63,127 bases of DNA from Thraustochytrium aureum (taxonomy: Eukaryota). Under the pieces are notes generated by a model. It was not told the origin of the DNA and searched no databases. It saw nothing but the letters and a program-made list of their open reading frames with translations. Positions within the stretch are counted from its first letter, which is position 1; every line of letters begins with the position of its first letter. The DNA is taken from positions 39,411-102,537 of the forward strand of contig BLSG01000077.1 in NCBI GenBank assembly GCA_012862495.1. Reading direction: 5' to 3'. The translations under genes and the position numbers were made by a program. Below, in pieces: positions 10,087 to 21,435 of this stretch.

Positions 10087-11028
10087 ATGAGCGCCTGGAG
10101 CGGGGCCCACGCCGTCGCCATCCTGGTGTGCCTCGCACTGTCTGCGAGCGATGCCGCGGGGCAGTTCACAACATGCAGCTCTTCGCAGGCTCTCTACTCA
10201 ATGCCGGTGTCGACGAGTACCTCCGAGTGCGAGGGATTCTCCTACGGGCAAAACTACTCGTACCCGAGCGACTTTAGCCCGCTCAACGCTGTTGCCCACT
10301 ACGAGTGCCCCAGCTCCGGGCGCCGCGTCATCATCTCGAACGGGATCCCTGACCACTTTGTGGCGCAGCTCAACCCGAACGTGCCGTGCGCGCTGAGCTA
10401 CGTCGTCTCGCTACCGCTCACGCCCTCGGCCGCGAGCAACGTCACCGAGCCGAGCGCCTCTGGGATTGTAGCGATGGCCTTGAACGGCGTGCCAGCTTTT
10501 GGCGCTCAAGAATCCGGCGGAACCAACTCGATGTCGTCGGGGGCTGTCGCCTCTGACGCGGGGTACTGGTGGGGCCACTCCACCACGAAAAATCAACACC
10601 ACTACCACAACCCCCAGCTCGGCCATGAGACCCAGCCGGCGCCTACCCAGCTCCTCGGGTACGCGTTGGACGGCTTTGAGCTGTACGGGCCCGTCGCCGA
10701 TGCCTCCACCTTGGACGAGTGCAACGGCGTGCTGGTCAATGGCAAGTACCAGTACCACGTCCGCTCAACGGAGCAAGTGGATGGCGAGGGCGAGTACTGC
10801 GATGGCGACTCGCCCGTGATACGGTGGGGATACGTCCTCTCTTGCTTTCGCGGCGACCTCTCCAAAACCGAGGTCGAGACGCTCGACGACTACGAGCTTC
10901 CCAGCGACTGCGAGCTGATCGCGGAGCTGAGCAACAACATTGAGCTGCTCCAAGTGCAGCAGCAAAGCACACCATCGCCTCCGTCGATCAGAGGGGCCAG
11001 CCGCGGCCGCGGCCGCGGCCGGCACTGA
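10087..11028 (+). CDS. Secreted YHYH-domain protein
   Basis: Signal peptide MSAWSGAHAVAILVCLALSASDA, then SNGIPDH, ALNGVP, HHYH, LLGYALDGFELYGP, LDECNG and YQYH motifs typical of the YHYH family. Confidence 0.85.
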   Translation: MSAWSGAHAVAILVCLALSASDAAGQFTTCSSSQALYSMPVSTSTSECEGFSYGQNYSYPSDFSPLNAVAHYECPSSGRRVIISNGIPDHFVAQLNPNVPCALSYVVSLPLTPSAASNVTEPSASGIVAMALNGVPAFGAQESGGTNSMSSGAVASDAGYWWGHSTTKNQHHYHNPQLGHETQPAPTQLLGYALDGFELYGPVADASTLDECNGVLVNGKYQYHVRSTEQVDGEGEYCDGDSPVIRWGYVLSCFRGDLSKTEVETLDDYELPSDCELIAELSNNIELLQVQQQSTPSPPSIRGASRGRGRGRH

Positions 11029-11137
11029 TCCCTTGCGCGGCCCACCTGCAGAGTTTATTGACATAATCACCAGCTGCAAGAAAAGCAACCGCAATTTGGT
11101 ACTCTTCTAAAATACGCGCACAGCCCTGCCGCGGGGC

Positions 11138-12649
11138 TCACTGCGCCCGATGGCCCTTTGCGATAGAGGATCGCTGAAAAGCGCGGACTGCCCAGGTGAT
11201 CACAAGGACAAACGTTGTCAACGTGCCGCCGACGAGAAGAAACGCCACAAATGGGTGCACTTGTTGCGAGGCCTCGACCGCAGATCCTTGAGCAGCATCT
11301 ACAATAACGCCGCCACGAATGCCGAGTCCAGCCCCGTCACCAGCAGGCTTTGGCTCGCCCTGCTGCCCTCGGCGAAAAAGTGCGGCCAGTTCAGCCTCCT
11401 CGCGCCGGATGCGCTCGCGCAAGCCCGAATCGTCAAAGGGGACGTATTGCACAACGCACTTGTCCTCGGCTTTGAGAGCCTGGGTGTCGACGCCGGAAAA
11501 CTTGGCGTACTGCTCCAGCGTGCGGCGCGTACCGAGCCCGAAGCGGCCCAGCTCGCTGACGGCTGCTGGGCTCTGGTCGCTGCCGGGCAGCTTGAGCAGC
11601 GTGCGAAGGCGCTCCTGGGACCGTTTCGCCTCGTCGAGGTTGTGGCGCCAGTGGCCCTTGCCGCCCTTGTCCCCTCCGTAGTAAACGCCGATGGTGGGTC
11701 GCGTGATGCTGTAAAAGTCGTACCCGTGCGTCCACAAGCGAGCGGCGCGCGAAAACTCCTCGCCCGAGAAGATTTGCCGAAGGTTCGGGTCGTTGGGGAC
11801 CCAGCGCTCGGCGTGGCATCGGCTGAACGAGAGGCCGGCTGCCCAGACAGGCCCAATCAGGGGCCTGTCCAGGTTTGCGGCAGCTCCAGCCTGGTGGTTG
11901 CTGATCGCCCCGCTGTGGGAGAGCGTAACGCCGCAGATGTGGGGCATCTCCCAGTGCTGGTTGCTGTTCTTGTAAAGGTCTTTGTAGTTGGTCGGGTACG
12001 TGGAGAGAACAGCAAACTCGTTGCGCGCCGCGCCCCACTCGCCAAGCAGCGCAATGTCCCACCCGGGCTTGAAGATTGTGTGGGCGTCGATCTGCATGCA
12101 AAAGTCCTCGTCCTCGACGAGCTCCGGTTGTTGCCCACGTGCAAAGACTGGGCCGGCCGCCTCGCTCGCGTGCATGCGCAACACGCGCACGCGGTCAAAC
12201 TCGACGCAGCCAAGCGGGTTGGTGAACTTGGATTTCGCCCCTTGGGTGCCCGGCACGCGCTCGAGCGGCTTGCCGCGTTCCTGGCAGACCTGTTCGAGGC
12301 AGTCGGGATCCTCGTCCTCATTTTGCTGGACGACGCCGACCCTGATCCGCTCAGGCTGCGCGGCCTTGTCGAACGCGTCCTTTATGGTCGCCGTCAGTCG
12401 AGATTCGCGCAGCGCGGCGATCAGCACAATGATGGTCGAGCTGTTGCTTTTCCACCGCTGGTCGTATGGCGCGTGAGGCGTGCCCCAGGATTCCTCAGGC
12501 ACTTTGTACCACTTTCCGTTCACGAGAACGATGTTCTTGTCGTGCCAATGAGCCTTCTCCAGCCCATCCGCCGAGTCTGCTGCGAAGGCGTATCCAGCGA
12601 GCACAGCAGCAGCACTTGCTGCTATTTGCAGCCAGACGAGTGCGTGCAT
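11138..12649 (-). CDS. GT60-family GlcNAc transferase (Skp1/Gnt1-like, secretory pathway type)
   Basis: IIVLIAALRE, VGVVQQ, AAGPVFAR, MQIDAH (DxH), WAAGLSF and FSGEEFSRAARLWTHGYD motifs. N-terminal signal sequence and a C-terminal TM helix. Confidence 0.88.
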   Translation of the reverse strand: MHALVWLQIAASAAAVLAGYAFAADSADGLEKAHWHDKNIVLVNGKWYKVPEESWGTPHAPYDQRWKSNSSTIIVLIAALRESRLTATIKDAFDKAAQPERIRVGVVQQNEDEDPDCLEQVCQERGKPLERVPGTQGAKSKFTNPLGCVEFDRVRVLRMHASEAAGPVFARGQQPELVEDEDFCMQIDAHTIFKPGWDIALLGEWGAARNEFAVLSTYPTNYKDLYKNSNQHWEMPHICGVTLSHSGAISNHQAGAAANLDRPLIGPVWAAGLSFSRCHAERWVPNDPNLRQIFSGEEFSRAARLWTHGYDFYSITRPTIGVYYGGDKGGKGHWRHNLDEAKRSQERLRTLLKLPGSDQSPAAVSELGRFGLGTRRTLEQYAKFSGVDTQALKAEDKCVVQYVPFDDSGLRERIRREEAELAALFRRGQQGEPKPAGDGAGLGIRGGVIVDAAQGSAVEASQQVHPFVAFLLVGGTLTTFVLVITWAVRAFQRSSIAKGHRAQ

Positions 12650-14090
12650 CGCGAAACGGTTGCTCGGGCGCGACGCCCGACGGCGCCACCGGGCGGCCGC
12701 CTGGGCTGCCTACCACTTTGTTGCGCACGTAGCCGCCAGTCTCTCGCGCGTGCGAGGGCAAGCGTCCCGGCTCGAGCGGCGTTTGCCGCGCCTTCCCGCA
12801 AACGGCGCACCTCGCCGCTGGGATCGAGCGTCGCGGCGATCGCTCCTTTGTTCGCTCACCAGGAACAACACGAACAAGGGAGCGCCAAGCAGAAAGCAGA
12901 GCGAGCCGGCGCGACAGGCCGCTCGACAGGGCGTGGGCACTGTCGGCTCATGCGCTGTCGGCGCGACTTCGTGGTGCAGCTCCGCGACCCGCATGCCCGG
13001 GCGGGCGGCGGCTCGCGCAATAAATACCAGCGCGTGATCGACGCAAGCCCGCAAGCATGACGTGATCGCCCGAGTGTTGTCTGCAATAGAAAAAGCCAGA
13101 ACGAGCTGGAAAACCACCGCCGCACTCGGCGCAAGTACGAGGCTCGCATAGGCTTTGCTAGCGTTGGTATTCTGCCGATGTTGCTCTTGAAGGCTCCGCC
13201 TCGTCCCCGCTTGCGACAGCTCCCGGTGGAGCCGTCGCCGGTGAGAGTAGAGCATCATGCGGTCCTCACAGCCCCTTGCTTCGCTCGGATCGCTAGTCAC
13301 GTGGCCCGACAGAGTGTCGAGATCAGGGTGTCTGCTCGCGGTCCCGCGCACACACCAGGAGCCCAGCTTCTGCAAGTGCGAAGCGCAGGCCGCTTGACCA
13401 NNNNNNNNNNNNNNNNNNNNNNNNNNNNNNNNNNNNNNNNNNNNNNNNNNNNNNNNNNNNNNNNNNNNNNNNNNNNNNNNNNNNNNNNNNNNNNNNNNNN
13501 NNNNNNNNNNNNNNNNNNNNNNNNNNNNNNNNNNNNNNNNNNNNNNNNNNNNNNNNNNNNNNNNNNNNNNNNNNNNNNNNNNNNNNNNNNNNNNNNNNNN
13601 NNNNNNNNNNNNNNNNNNNNNNNNNNNNNNNNNNNNNNGGCTCGGCTGTCGGGCTCGTAAAGAAATCAGCGACGGCACTGGAGCAGCTGTTCTGCTTCAA
13701 GAGACAGGGGATGTGGAGGACAGGGGTGAAGGGGATTCGCGGCCTGCTCCCAAATCTCATGGGCTTGCCCGCACGTGCAGGGCGTCACGAGCTAGCGAGC
13801 TCGTCTCGCTTGAAAAAAAACCTCAAGTGGGCAGAAGGGTGCCCCGCTTAGGAAGTTTGGTTTTGGGTCGTCCAAGGTCGCAGACTCTTTTGCGCTTGTT
13901 TGCCGCTCACTCGAAGCCCGATGCAAGCTTGCCCCATCCCAGTCAGCTTTTTCCGCTCAAGACCAAACGCAGCTCGGGCAGAGCACGAACCGGAAATCGA
14001 CGGCATCGGAGGCAGGCTAGCGCGCAGGGCTCGCGACGAGGCGCGTTCACAGCCCGAGTGGCTGCAGGGGCGTCGAAGGGAGCGCGCAGA

Positions 14091-16001
14091 ATGGGCAAGC
14101 GCGGCCGCACGCTTGCGGCCAGAGCTGCCACGCTTGCTGTTGCCGCGCAGGTCGCGGCTGGGCAAGTTGTGTGCCCAGACTCCTCGTGGACGCTGGCAGA
14201 AACCACGTGCCTCAAGCTGTTTCAGCCCACGCCAGGAGTGTCGTGGGATGCTGCTCTGGCCGCGTGCACGACGACGGCGCCAAACGCTCATCTGGCAACT
14301 CTCTTGACGCCTGCTGTGATAGCCGCGAGCGAGGTCTTCGGCGTCGGGAGCGGGACCTGGATCGGGCTTAAGCGGGTCGACACGAATGGCTCTTGGGCCT
14401 GGATCACGGGTGAGCCCCTCGTGTTTGGAGGCGCGACGGAGAACTTTGCAGACAGACAACCAAACTCCAAGACCGCTCGGTGCGGAGAAATAGTCGGCAC
14501 CACCAACCCATCCATTTCGGCCAACGGCAAGTGGAACGACCTCTGGTGCGGGGATCCAAGGTCGTACTTGTGTAGCGTGAAAGCGACAGCCTCGCCGACC
14601 AGGTCGCCAACGAACGCGCCAACGCGCTCGCCGACCAAGTCTCCCACGCCAGCTCCATCAAATTCGCCCACGCTCAGTCCAAGCAAGGCACCGACGCGGG
14701 GCACCGGACTCCGCCGACAAAGTCACCAACAAATACCCCGACGACGGCGCCCACGATCCTCCCTGACAACGTGTGCACAGCTGCCGACGCGACGGCCTGG
14801 GCTCCCAACGCGTTTGATTCGGACGTCTCGCACTGTGTCGTGACTTGTGAGCTTGCTGCGTCGCAGGGCGGCCCTGTGCTGGCACACTGCGTGGCAGGCT
14901 GTCTGAGCGGCCGCGCTGGCGTTTCTGGGGCCTGCTCGCTGTGCTACGGCATCTACGCCGAGTGCATGCTTCGTACGTGCAAATGCGATGCGCTGCGCTC
15001 GGATAGCACGTGCGCGACTTGCAGCCTGGGGAACTGTGAGCAATCGTTCACGTACTGCGCCGGGCCGACTTTTGTCATCCCCGAGTTCGTCGAGGCGAAC
15101 CCTGGCGCTGGCGGCGATGCGGGTAGCGGCGCAGGCGGCAGCGGGGACGCGGCCGGCGGCCTCGACAAGGAGACGATCANNNNNNNNNNNNNNNNNNNNN
15201 NNNNNNNNNNNNNNNNNNNNNNNNNNNNNNNNNNNNNNNNNNNNNNNNNNNNNNNNNNNNNNNNNNNNNNNNNNNNNNNNNNNNNNNNNNNNNNNNNNNN
15301 NNNNNNNNNNNNNNNNNNNNNNNNNNNNNNNNNNNNNNNNNNNNNNNNNNNNNNNNNNNNNNNNNNNNNNNNNNNNNNNNNNNNNNNNNNNNNNNNNNNN
15401 NNNNNNNNNNNNNNNNNNNNNNNNNNNNNNNNNNNNNNNNNNNNNNNNNNNNNNNNNNNNNNNNNNNNNNNNNNNNNNNNNNNNNNNNNNNNNNNNNNNN
15501 NNNNNNNNNNNNNNNNNNNNNNNNNNNGCCCACAACGATGTCGACTCGCCCCCGGGCATTCCCGCGCATTCCGCAAACGGCAGCAAGGGCACGGACGCCA
15601 CAACGTCGCTCAAGTTTGCAGCCACAAGGGCCGGCCGAAGCCTCGTTCCGTTCGCGCGCGCTATTGCTGAAGCCAACGGCGGCATGACAGCGCTTGGGAG
15701 TGGGACGGGCAGCGGGAGCGAGGCAAAGCCTCGGGTGCTTTCATGGCGCAAGCCTGAGCACAGCGCTGCCTCGTCCTCTATGCCTTCGACTCGATCGGGC
15801 GAGTTGTTCGAGCCGATTTGGTTCACGGTTGTTGAGGCTTACGAGGCCGAGTACATCGAAGAGCTCTCCGTTGCCCTCGGCGAGAAGATCAAGGCGATTG
15901 GGCAGGCCGATCAGCGCGGCGAGTGGTACGAGTGCGAGAACAAATCTGGCCAACAAGGCCTCGTACCCGCGGCCAGTCTTGCGTTTGCCGCAGAGGAGTG
16001 A
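14091..16001 (+). CDS. Putative type I receptor: signal peptide, C-type lectin, PT-repeat stalk, Cys-rich domain, (gap), C-terminal SH3
   Basis: CPDSSW...WIGL...WND LWC C-type lectin, SPT/APT repeats, a frameshift at ~14700 (two extra G), a Cys-rich module and gap 15180-15527. It ends with SH3 motifs YEAEYIEELSV...GEWYEC...GLVP. Continuity across the gap is inferred. Confidence 0.7.
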
Positions 16002-16324
16002 TGTCGGCACGTGTCGTGCATTGGCACCCTCGTTCTCGTCGTCGTCCTCGTCGTCGTTGTTGTTGTTTACAGTTTAGGCCAACTCATTTTTTGTCGTGAA
16101 CGAATTCGCCTCCAAGCGGGTCTGCCTGCCAGGGTCCGAACCGATCCTGCGCGATCTGTTCTGTTCTGCTGAAGCTCGCGAGCAACGAACAAACGAACAA
16201 ACGAACAACGGCACGCAAGATAAATTTCGCCGCGTGGCGCACGCCACGCGGGCGCCAGGCAGGCAGGCCCTCTCCCGCAAGCACGCGCCCACGCCACTCT
16301 TCTTCTTGTCGAGCTCTGGCTTGG

Positions 16325-17239
16325 ATGCGGACAGTTGCGCTGCTGCTTGTTGCGGTGGTGACCTTGTTGCGTATGGGCTGCGTCACTTCGCAGGAAGCGT
16401 ACGAGCAAGAGATGGCTGCGGCGGCGGGCGACGCTGCGAAAGAGGCAGGCGCCTGCGAGCCGCCGCGCTCGGGGCGAGGCGCAGTGGCGCACGAGGTGCT
16501 ACGGTTTCCCGACACTGCCTCGCTGAGCCGCAAGGTGGGCTCACTCGTGGCCGAGGTGGTCGAGCAGGCCAACGGCAGAGACAAGTTCCTGGTGGCGCTC
16601 TCGGGCGGATCGCTTCCCAAGCTGCTCGCCGAGGGCCTGCTCGACGTGGCAGACAGGATCGATTTCTCCAAGTGGCACGTCTTCTTCGCGGACGAGCGCT
16701 ACGTCGCGCACGACCACGAGGACAGCAACCTGCTGGCGTGTCGCGCCGAGTTTCTCAGCAAAGTGCCTGGCGTCAAGCCCGAGAACGTCCATGGGATCGA
16801 CATCAGCGTGCCCGTGGACGAGGCCGCCAAGCGGTACGAGGCCGAGATCGAGCACGTCACCGGCCTCTCGCGCGCCAAGGGCGAGCTCCCAGTTTTCGAC
16901 CTTGTCCTGCTTGGCATGGGACCAGACGGACACACTTGCTCGCTGTTTCCCGGCCATCCGCTCCTGAAGGAGACCTCGGTCTGGGTTGCGCCTATCGAGG
17001 ACTCGCCAAAGCCGCCGCCCAAGCGCATTACGCTCACCTTTCCGGTTCTCAACAACGCGGCCAACGTCTACTTTCTTGCGGCTGGCAAGTCCAAGGAGGA
17101 CGTGATCCCGCTCACGGCTGGGCTCTCGTTGGAGGAGCTGGCTAAGCTCGGCGAGGCGAGCTTGCCTGCGGCTCGCGTGCGGCCTTCGAACGGCAGGTTG
17201 GTGTGGTTCGTGGACGACGCGGCGGCGGGCCGCCTGTAG
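16325..17239 (+). CDS. PGLS: 6-phosphogluconolactonase
   Basis: VALSGGSLP, FFADERYV, DSN, FDLVLLGMGPDGHTCSLFPGH and SPKPPPKRITLT. Alternative start ATG at 16412. Confidence 0.95.
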   Translation: MRTVALLLVAVVTLLRMGCVTSQEAYEQEMAAAAGDAAKEAGACEPPRSGRGAVAHEVLRFPDTASLSRKVGSLVAEVVEQANGRDKFLVALSGGSLPKLLAEGLLDVADRIDFSKWHVFFADERYVAHDHEDSNLLACRAEFLSKVPGVKPENVHGIDISVPVDEAAKRYEAEIEHVTGLSRAKGELPVFDLVLLGMGPDGHTCSLFPGHPLLKETSVWVAPIEDSPKPPPKRITLTFPVLNNAANVYFLAAGKSKEDVIPLTAGLSLEELAKLGEASLPAARVRPSNGRLVWFVDDAAAGRL

Positions 17240-18517
17240 CTCGCCACGCATGCCAACGCCTGCATCGCCTGCAGGCTGCCCGCCAGCTTGCAAAAACTTA
17301 CAAACGAACAGGAAAAAAACAACTTGCNNNNNNNNNNNNNNNNNNNNNNNNNNNNNNNNNNNNNNNNNNNNNNNNNNNNNNNNNNNNNNNNNNNNNNNNN
17401 NNNNNNNNNNNNNNNNNNNNNNNNNNNNNNNNNNNNNNNNNNNNNNNNNNNNNNNNNNNNNNNNNNNNNNNNNNNNNNNNNNNNNNNNNNNNNNNNNNNN
17501 NNNNNNNNNNNNNNNNNNNNNNNNNNNNNNNNNNNNNNNNNNNNNNNNNNNNNNNNNNNNNNNNNNNNNNNNNNNNNNNNNNNNNNNNNNNNNNNNNNNN
17601 NNNNNNNNNNNNNNNNNNNNNNNNNNNNNNNNNNNNNNNNNNNNNNNNNNNNNNNNNNNNNNNNNNNNNNNNNNNNNNNNNNNNNNNNNNNNNNNNNNNN
17701 NNNNNNNNNNNNNNNNNNNNNNNNNNNNNNNNNNNNNNNNNNNNNNNNNNNNNNNNNNNNNNNNNNNNNNNNNNNNNNNNNNNNNNNNNNNNNNNNNNNN
17801 NNNNNNNNNNNNNNNNNNNNNNNNNNNNNNNNNNNNNNNNNNNNNNNNNNNNNNNNNNNNNNNNNNNNNNNNNNNNNNNNNNNNNNNNNNNNNNNNNNNN
17901 NNNNNNNNNNNNNNNNNNNNNNNNNNNNNNNNNNNNNNNNNNNNNNNNNNNNNNNNNNNNNNNNNNNNNNNNNNNNNNNNNNNNNNNNNNNNNNNNNNNN
18001 NNNNNNNNNNNNNNNNNNNNNNNNNNNNNNNNNNNNNNNNNNNNNNNNNNNNNNNNNNNNNNNNNNNNNNNNNNNNNNNNNNNNNNNNNNNNNNNNNNNN
18101 NNNNNNNNNNNNNNNNNNNNNNNNNNNNNNNNNNNNNNNNNNNNNNNNNNNNNNNNNNNNNNNNNNNNNNNNNNNNNNCAGTACTCGCGGCTTGGAGTTG
18201 GATGCGCCGATGGGGTTCAAGCTTGTTAGTTTTGGTGTGCGAAACTGCCGAAGGGAGCGGCTTCGTGACGACAGCGCCTTGTGTGCTCTACCCGCTGTTC
18301 TGCGTGCACGTCGCCGCACACCTGAGGGTCGATCTTTCATGTTGCTTGCTGCTCGGCTCGCTCGCTCCCTGGCTGCGTGGCTGGCTGGCTCGCAGCGAGG
18401 TGTCAAGTACGGGTGCTGGAAAACGCGCACACGGACGCGGGGGTGCAGGATCGATCGAAAAGAGCGCACGACCCCGAGTCGGTGCGTTGCTGATGCGGCG
18501 AGAAGCAGCTTCTGCCG

Positions 18518-20355
18518 TCACCAGGCGCTGCGCACGAGCGGTGGGCGCCTCCCAACGTGGCCTGCAAGTTCTTCGTCCTTCTCGTCGAGGTCCTTGGTGG
18601 CCGGGTCGACCTGGTCCAGGAAGTCAACGAGGTCGCTCGCATAGCGGCCGAAAACCCTGACCCCAGACGCGATCATGCCATTCATCTCGTTTGCGCGGCT
18701 AAGCGCAACGTGGCGGGCAGAGGCCGGCCCGCCCATCGACTGGCGGATCTGCATCAGCGTCACAGTGCTATGAAAGGGGAACGTGTCCGTGAACATGCCT
18801 CTGGGGTCGTACATGACCGCGAGAATGGCGTGCAGAACAAACGCGTTGCAGATCATGATGCCGAAAAGCACGCGCTCGCGGTAGTACTCTGGCAAGAGCA
18901 AGTTGAGCAGGACGCACGCGGGCAGGGTCAGCAGCCAGACCGCGCCGACCGCGCGTAGCTTGCGAAAGAACGCGCGCTTCCGCTTGTACTTTCGCAGCGT
19001 CGTGTTGATGCACCGCGCAAACCAGGCCGCCGCCGCGACGCGAAGCAGAGCGAGCACGAGCCCGGGCTTTGTTTCGTACAAGTAGGCGACGGTCTCCCGC
19101 GGCACAGCCGCGACAAAGTACACCTCGCAGATGAGGCTTGTCAGCGCATAGGCAGTCATCAGCACCGTCAGGCGCAGCCGGCCCTGCGCGCTGATCTTGC
19201 GGCACGTGATCGTCCACCCCTTGCTCAGCACNNNNNNNNNNNNNNNNNNNNNNNNNNNNNNNNNNNNNNNNNNNNNNNNNNNNNNNNNNNNNNNNNNNNN
19301 NNNNNNNNNNNNNNNNNNNNNNNNNNNNNNNNNNNNNNNNNNNNNNNNNNNNNNNNNNNNNNNNNNNNNNNNNNNNNNNNNNNNNNNNNNNNNNNNNNNN
19401 NNNNNNNNNNNNNNNNNNNNNNNNNNNNNNNNNNNNNNNNNNNNNNNNNNNNNNNNNNNNNNNNCAGCGCCAGCGTGACCCAGTCGGCGGCCGCCAGCAC
19501 CATGGTCCCCGCCGCCTTCAAGCCCGGGAACGAGGCCCCGCTCGAACCTTCGATGATGAGGCCAGAGGTGACGAGGGCCTGCGCCGCGTCCGCGCTCCGT
19601 CAGCACTCCGAATCCCCAGCCCAGCGACTGTGCCCCGCACGCCCACACTGCCAACTTACCAACCCCGCCAGCGCGGCCTGCACTGCCAGCGAGAGCAGTT
19701 GCACGGTCGCGTGCAGCTTGCGCATCCTGTCCAGCTTGCGCGTCGTGGGGAAGACCACGAACATGTAAAGCAGCCCATAAAAGACCAGAAATGTCAGCGA
19801 CGCGCTCAGAACCCCTTGGTCCGGAAACCCAAGCTCGTCGAGCCAAAACTGCGGGTTTTGAAAGTGAACCTCCCACACAGAGTCGACTCCAGAAGCGCAG
19901 TACCGCGTCGTGCAACTCGGCCTGCAAGAGCCCAGTGCGACAAACACCCAGCGCGCGCGCATTGTTTGGACTGGCACCGAAAGCGAGGCTCGCGTCAGCG
20001 ACCCGCCCTTGCCAAGTGTGCGGTCGAGCTCCACCTTTTCCAGGTCGACGAGGAGGTCTGCGCGCTCCAGTCTTTCTTGGCATGTCAGCGCGCCGGCATG
20101 GATCTCGCTCCACCGGTCGAATTCGTTCGCAGAAGACGACTCGCCCTCCATAAAGTAGAGTGCGAGCTGTGGCGTTGCGCCGGTCGGGAACACCACGCTT
20201 GCGCTAAACGTGCTTTCACCGGGTGCGTAGGCAAATCGATCCATGTAGATCCAACTGGACGTGCCGCGGTACTCGCCCAGGCTCAGCCTGCCCAGCGCGG
20301 CTTCGAGCCGGACTGCGGCTATGCCAGCAACGAGCCAGCGGCTCCATGCCGTCAT
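18518..20355 (-). CDS. TMEM145/GPR180-like (intimal thickness receptor family) GOLD-7TM protein; intron 19579-19659; internal gap
   Basis: Signal peptide, WIYMDRFAY, RARWVFVALGSC and ELGFPDQGVL, then TM helices, LSKGWTI and YLYETKPG. A GTAAGT...CAG intron restores the frame. The C-terminal frame is uncertain. Confidence 0.82.
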
Positions 20356-20912
20356 CGAGCTGTGCCACAGGCCAGAGCCGCCCGGCCACGCGCTCTTGGC
20401 CAAGCCCCTGCAACCCCGCGCCTTGCTGGCGACGCGAGGGCCGTCTCCTGCCACAGCCGGCCTCTCGAGAAAGCGCCGAGTCCGCGACTCCACTATTGAC
20501 TGTTTCGCAGGGTCTTGTTGCGTTGCGTTGCCGAGACCAGACAGGCAGCGCCCGCGCCACCAGAAGCTCGCCTGCCCGCTCCACCGTTGCGCGCGACCCC
20601 TGGCTCTTGTGCGTCTGCGCGCGCGTCCACCTGTGCGACGGCGCGACCGCCGTGCGCGATAGGCTCTGCTCGGCACTCACTCGGCCAACCGAGTTGGAAC
20701 ATTGTAGCCGTTGGCAACCCGAACAGCACAGTCGTGCAAGTAGTAATTCATTCTTCCAGCGTTCATGGCCGCGCTGAGCGCGTTCAGAACGTATGTACGG
20801 ACGCTTGGCAAGGCTTTCTGCAGAGCCGTCGCGGTCCAAGGCTGCGACGCGCCGAGGTGCGCTGCGGCAAAACGCCGTTTCGCAAGCGAGGGGCCCGCGC
20901 GGGGAAGCAAGC

Positions 20913-21435
20913 ATGATTGCGCCAGAGGCACCGCCAGGGCGCGCAGAGAGAGCTGCGAGCGGCGACGCGACGCTCTCGCTGGAGCTTGTGGCGCAGCGCG
21001 GCGCGCCGGACGAGTGCTGGGTTGCTCTCCATGGCAGCGTCTACAGGCTAGCAGACTTCGCAGCCGTCCACCCGGGTGGCCACCGCAACATCCTCAACTT
21101 TGCCGGGACTGAGGCCACCTACGAATTCACTGAGCAAGGCCACGGCCAGCACCACCTCGGCGTGCTCAAGCCTTTCCGCCTCGGCGCGCTGGGGGACCCG
21201 GTGCCCGACGCGCTGCCCGCCGCACAAGCCCGCGCCTCCAACCTCACGCAAGGCAAACGGCGAGCGGCCGCCCCAGCCGGCGTACCGCGAAAGCAGCGTC
21301 AAGAGCATCGCCAGAAAATCCTACGACAGCCCTTCGGCGTCCCGCGTCCACCCGTCGCCTTACAACGACCTCAACTACAATCTGCCGACGCCTGGGCCCT
21401 CGGGTGACTTTTGTGATGGTTGTCGCCTGCTCTGA
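20913..21435 (+). CDS. Cytochrome b5 heme-binding domain protein; probable frameshift near 21216
   Basis: CWVALHGSVY, HPGG, AGTEATYEF and GH heme-ligand motifs. It ends at 21407 as assembled, or at 21435 (..CRLL) if one C is removed. Confidence 0.85.

Noticed and set aside
11150..13060. Long antisense and alternative-frame ORFs (e.g. 11150..13060 +, 57333..59138 -, 14..661 -) as overlapping genes
   Set aside because: Expected shadow ORFs in GC-rich coding DNA. They are Arg/Ala-rich with no recognisable motifs.
12710..13400. Possible gene between GT60 and the gap
   Set aside because: No recognisable domain or convincing coding signal in any frame.
17203..18660. Very long ORFs spanning N-runs (also around 33079-33894, 52031-52942, 54380-55084, 61381-62160)
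   Set aside because: Artefacts of translating gaps as X. The gap content is unknown.
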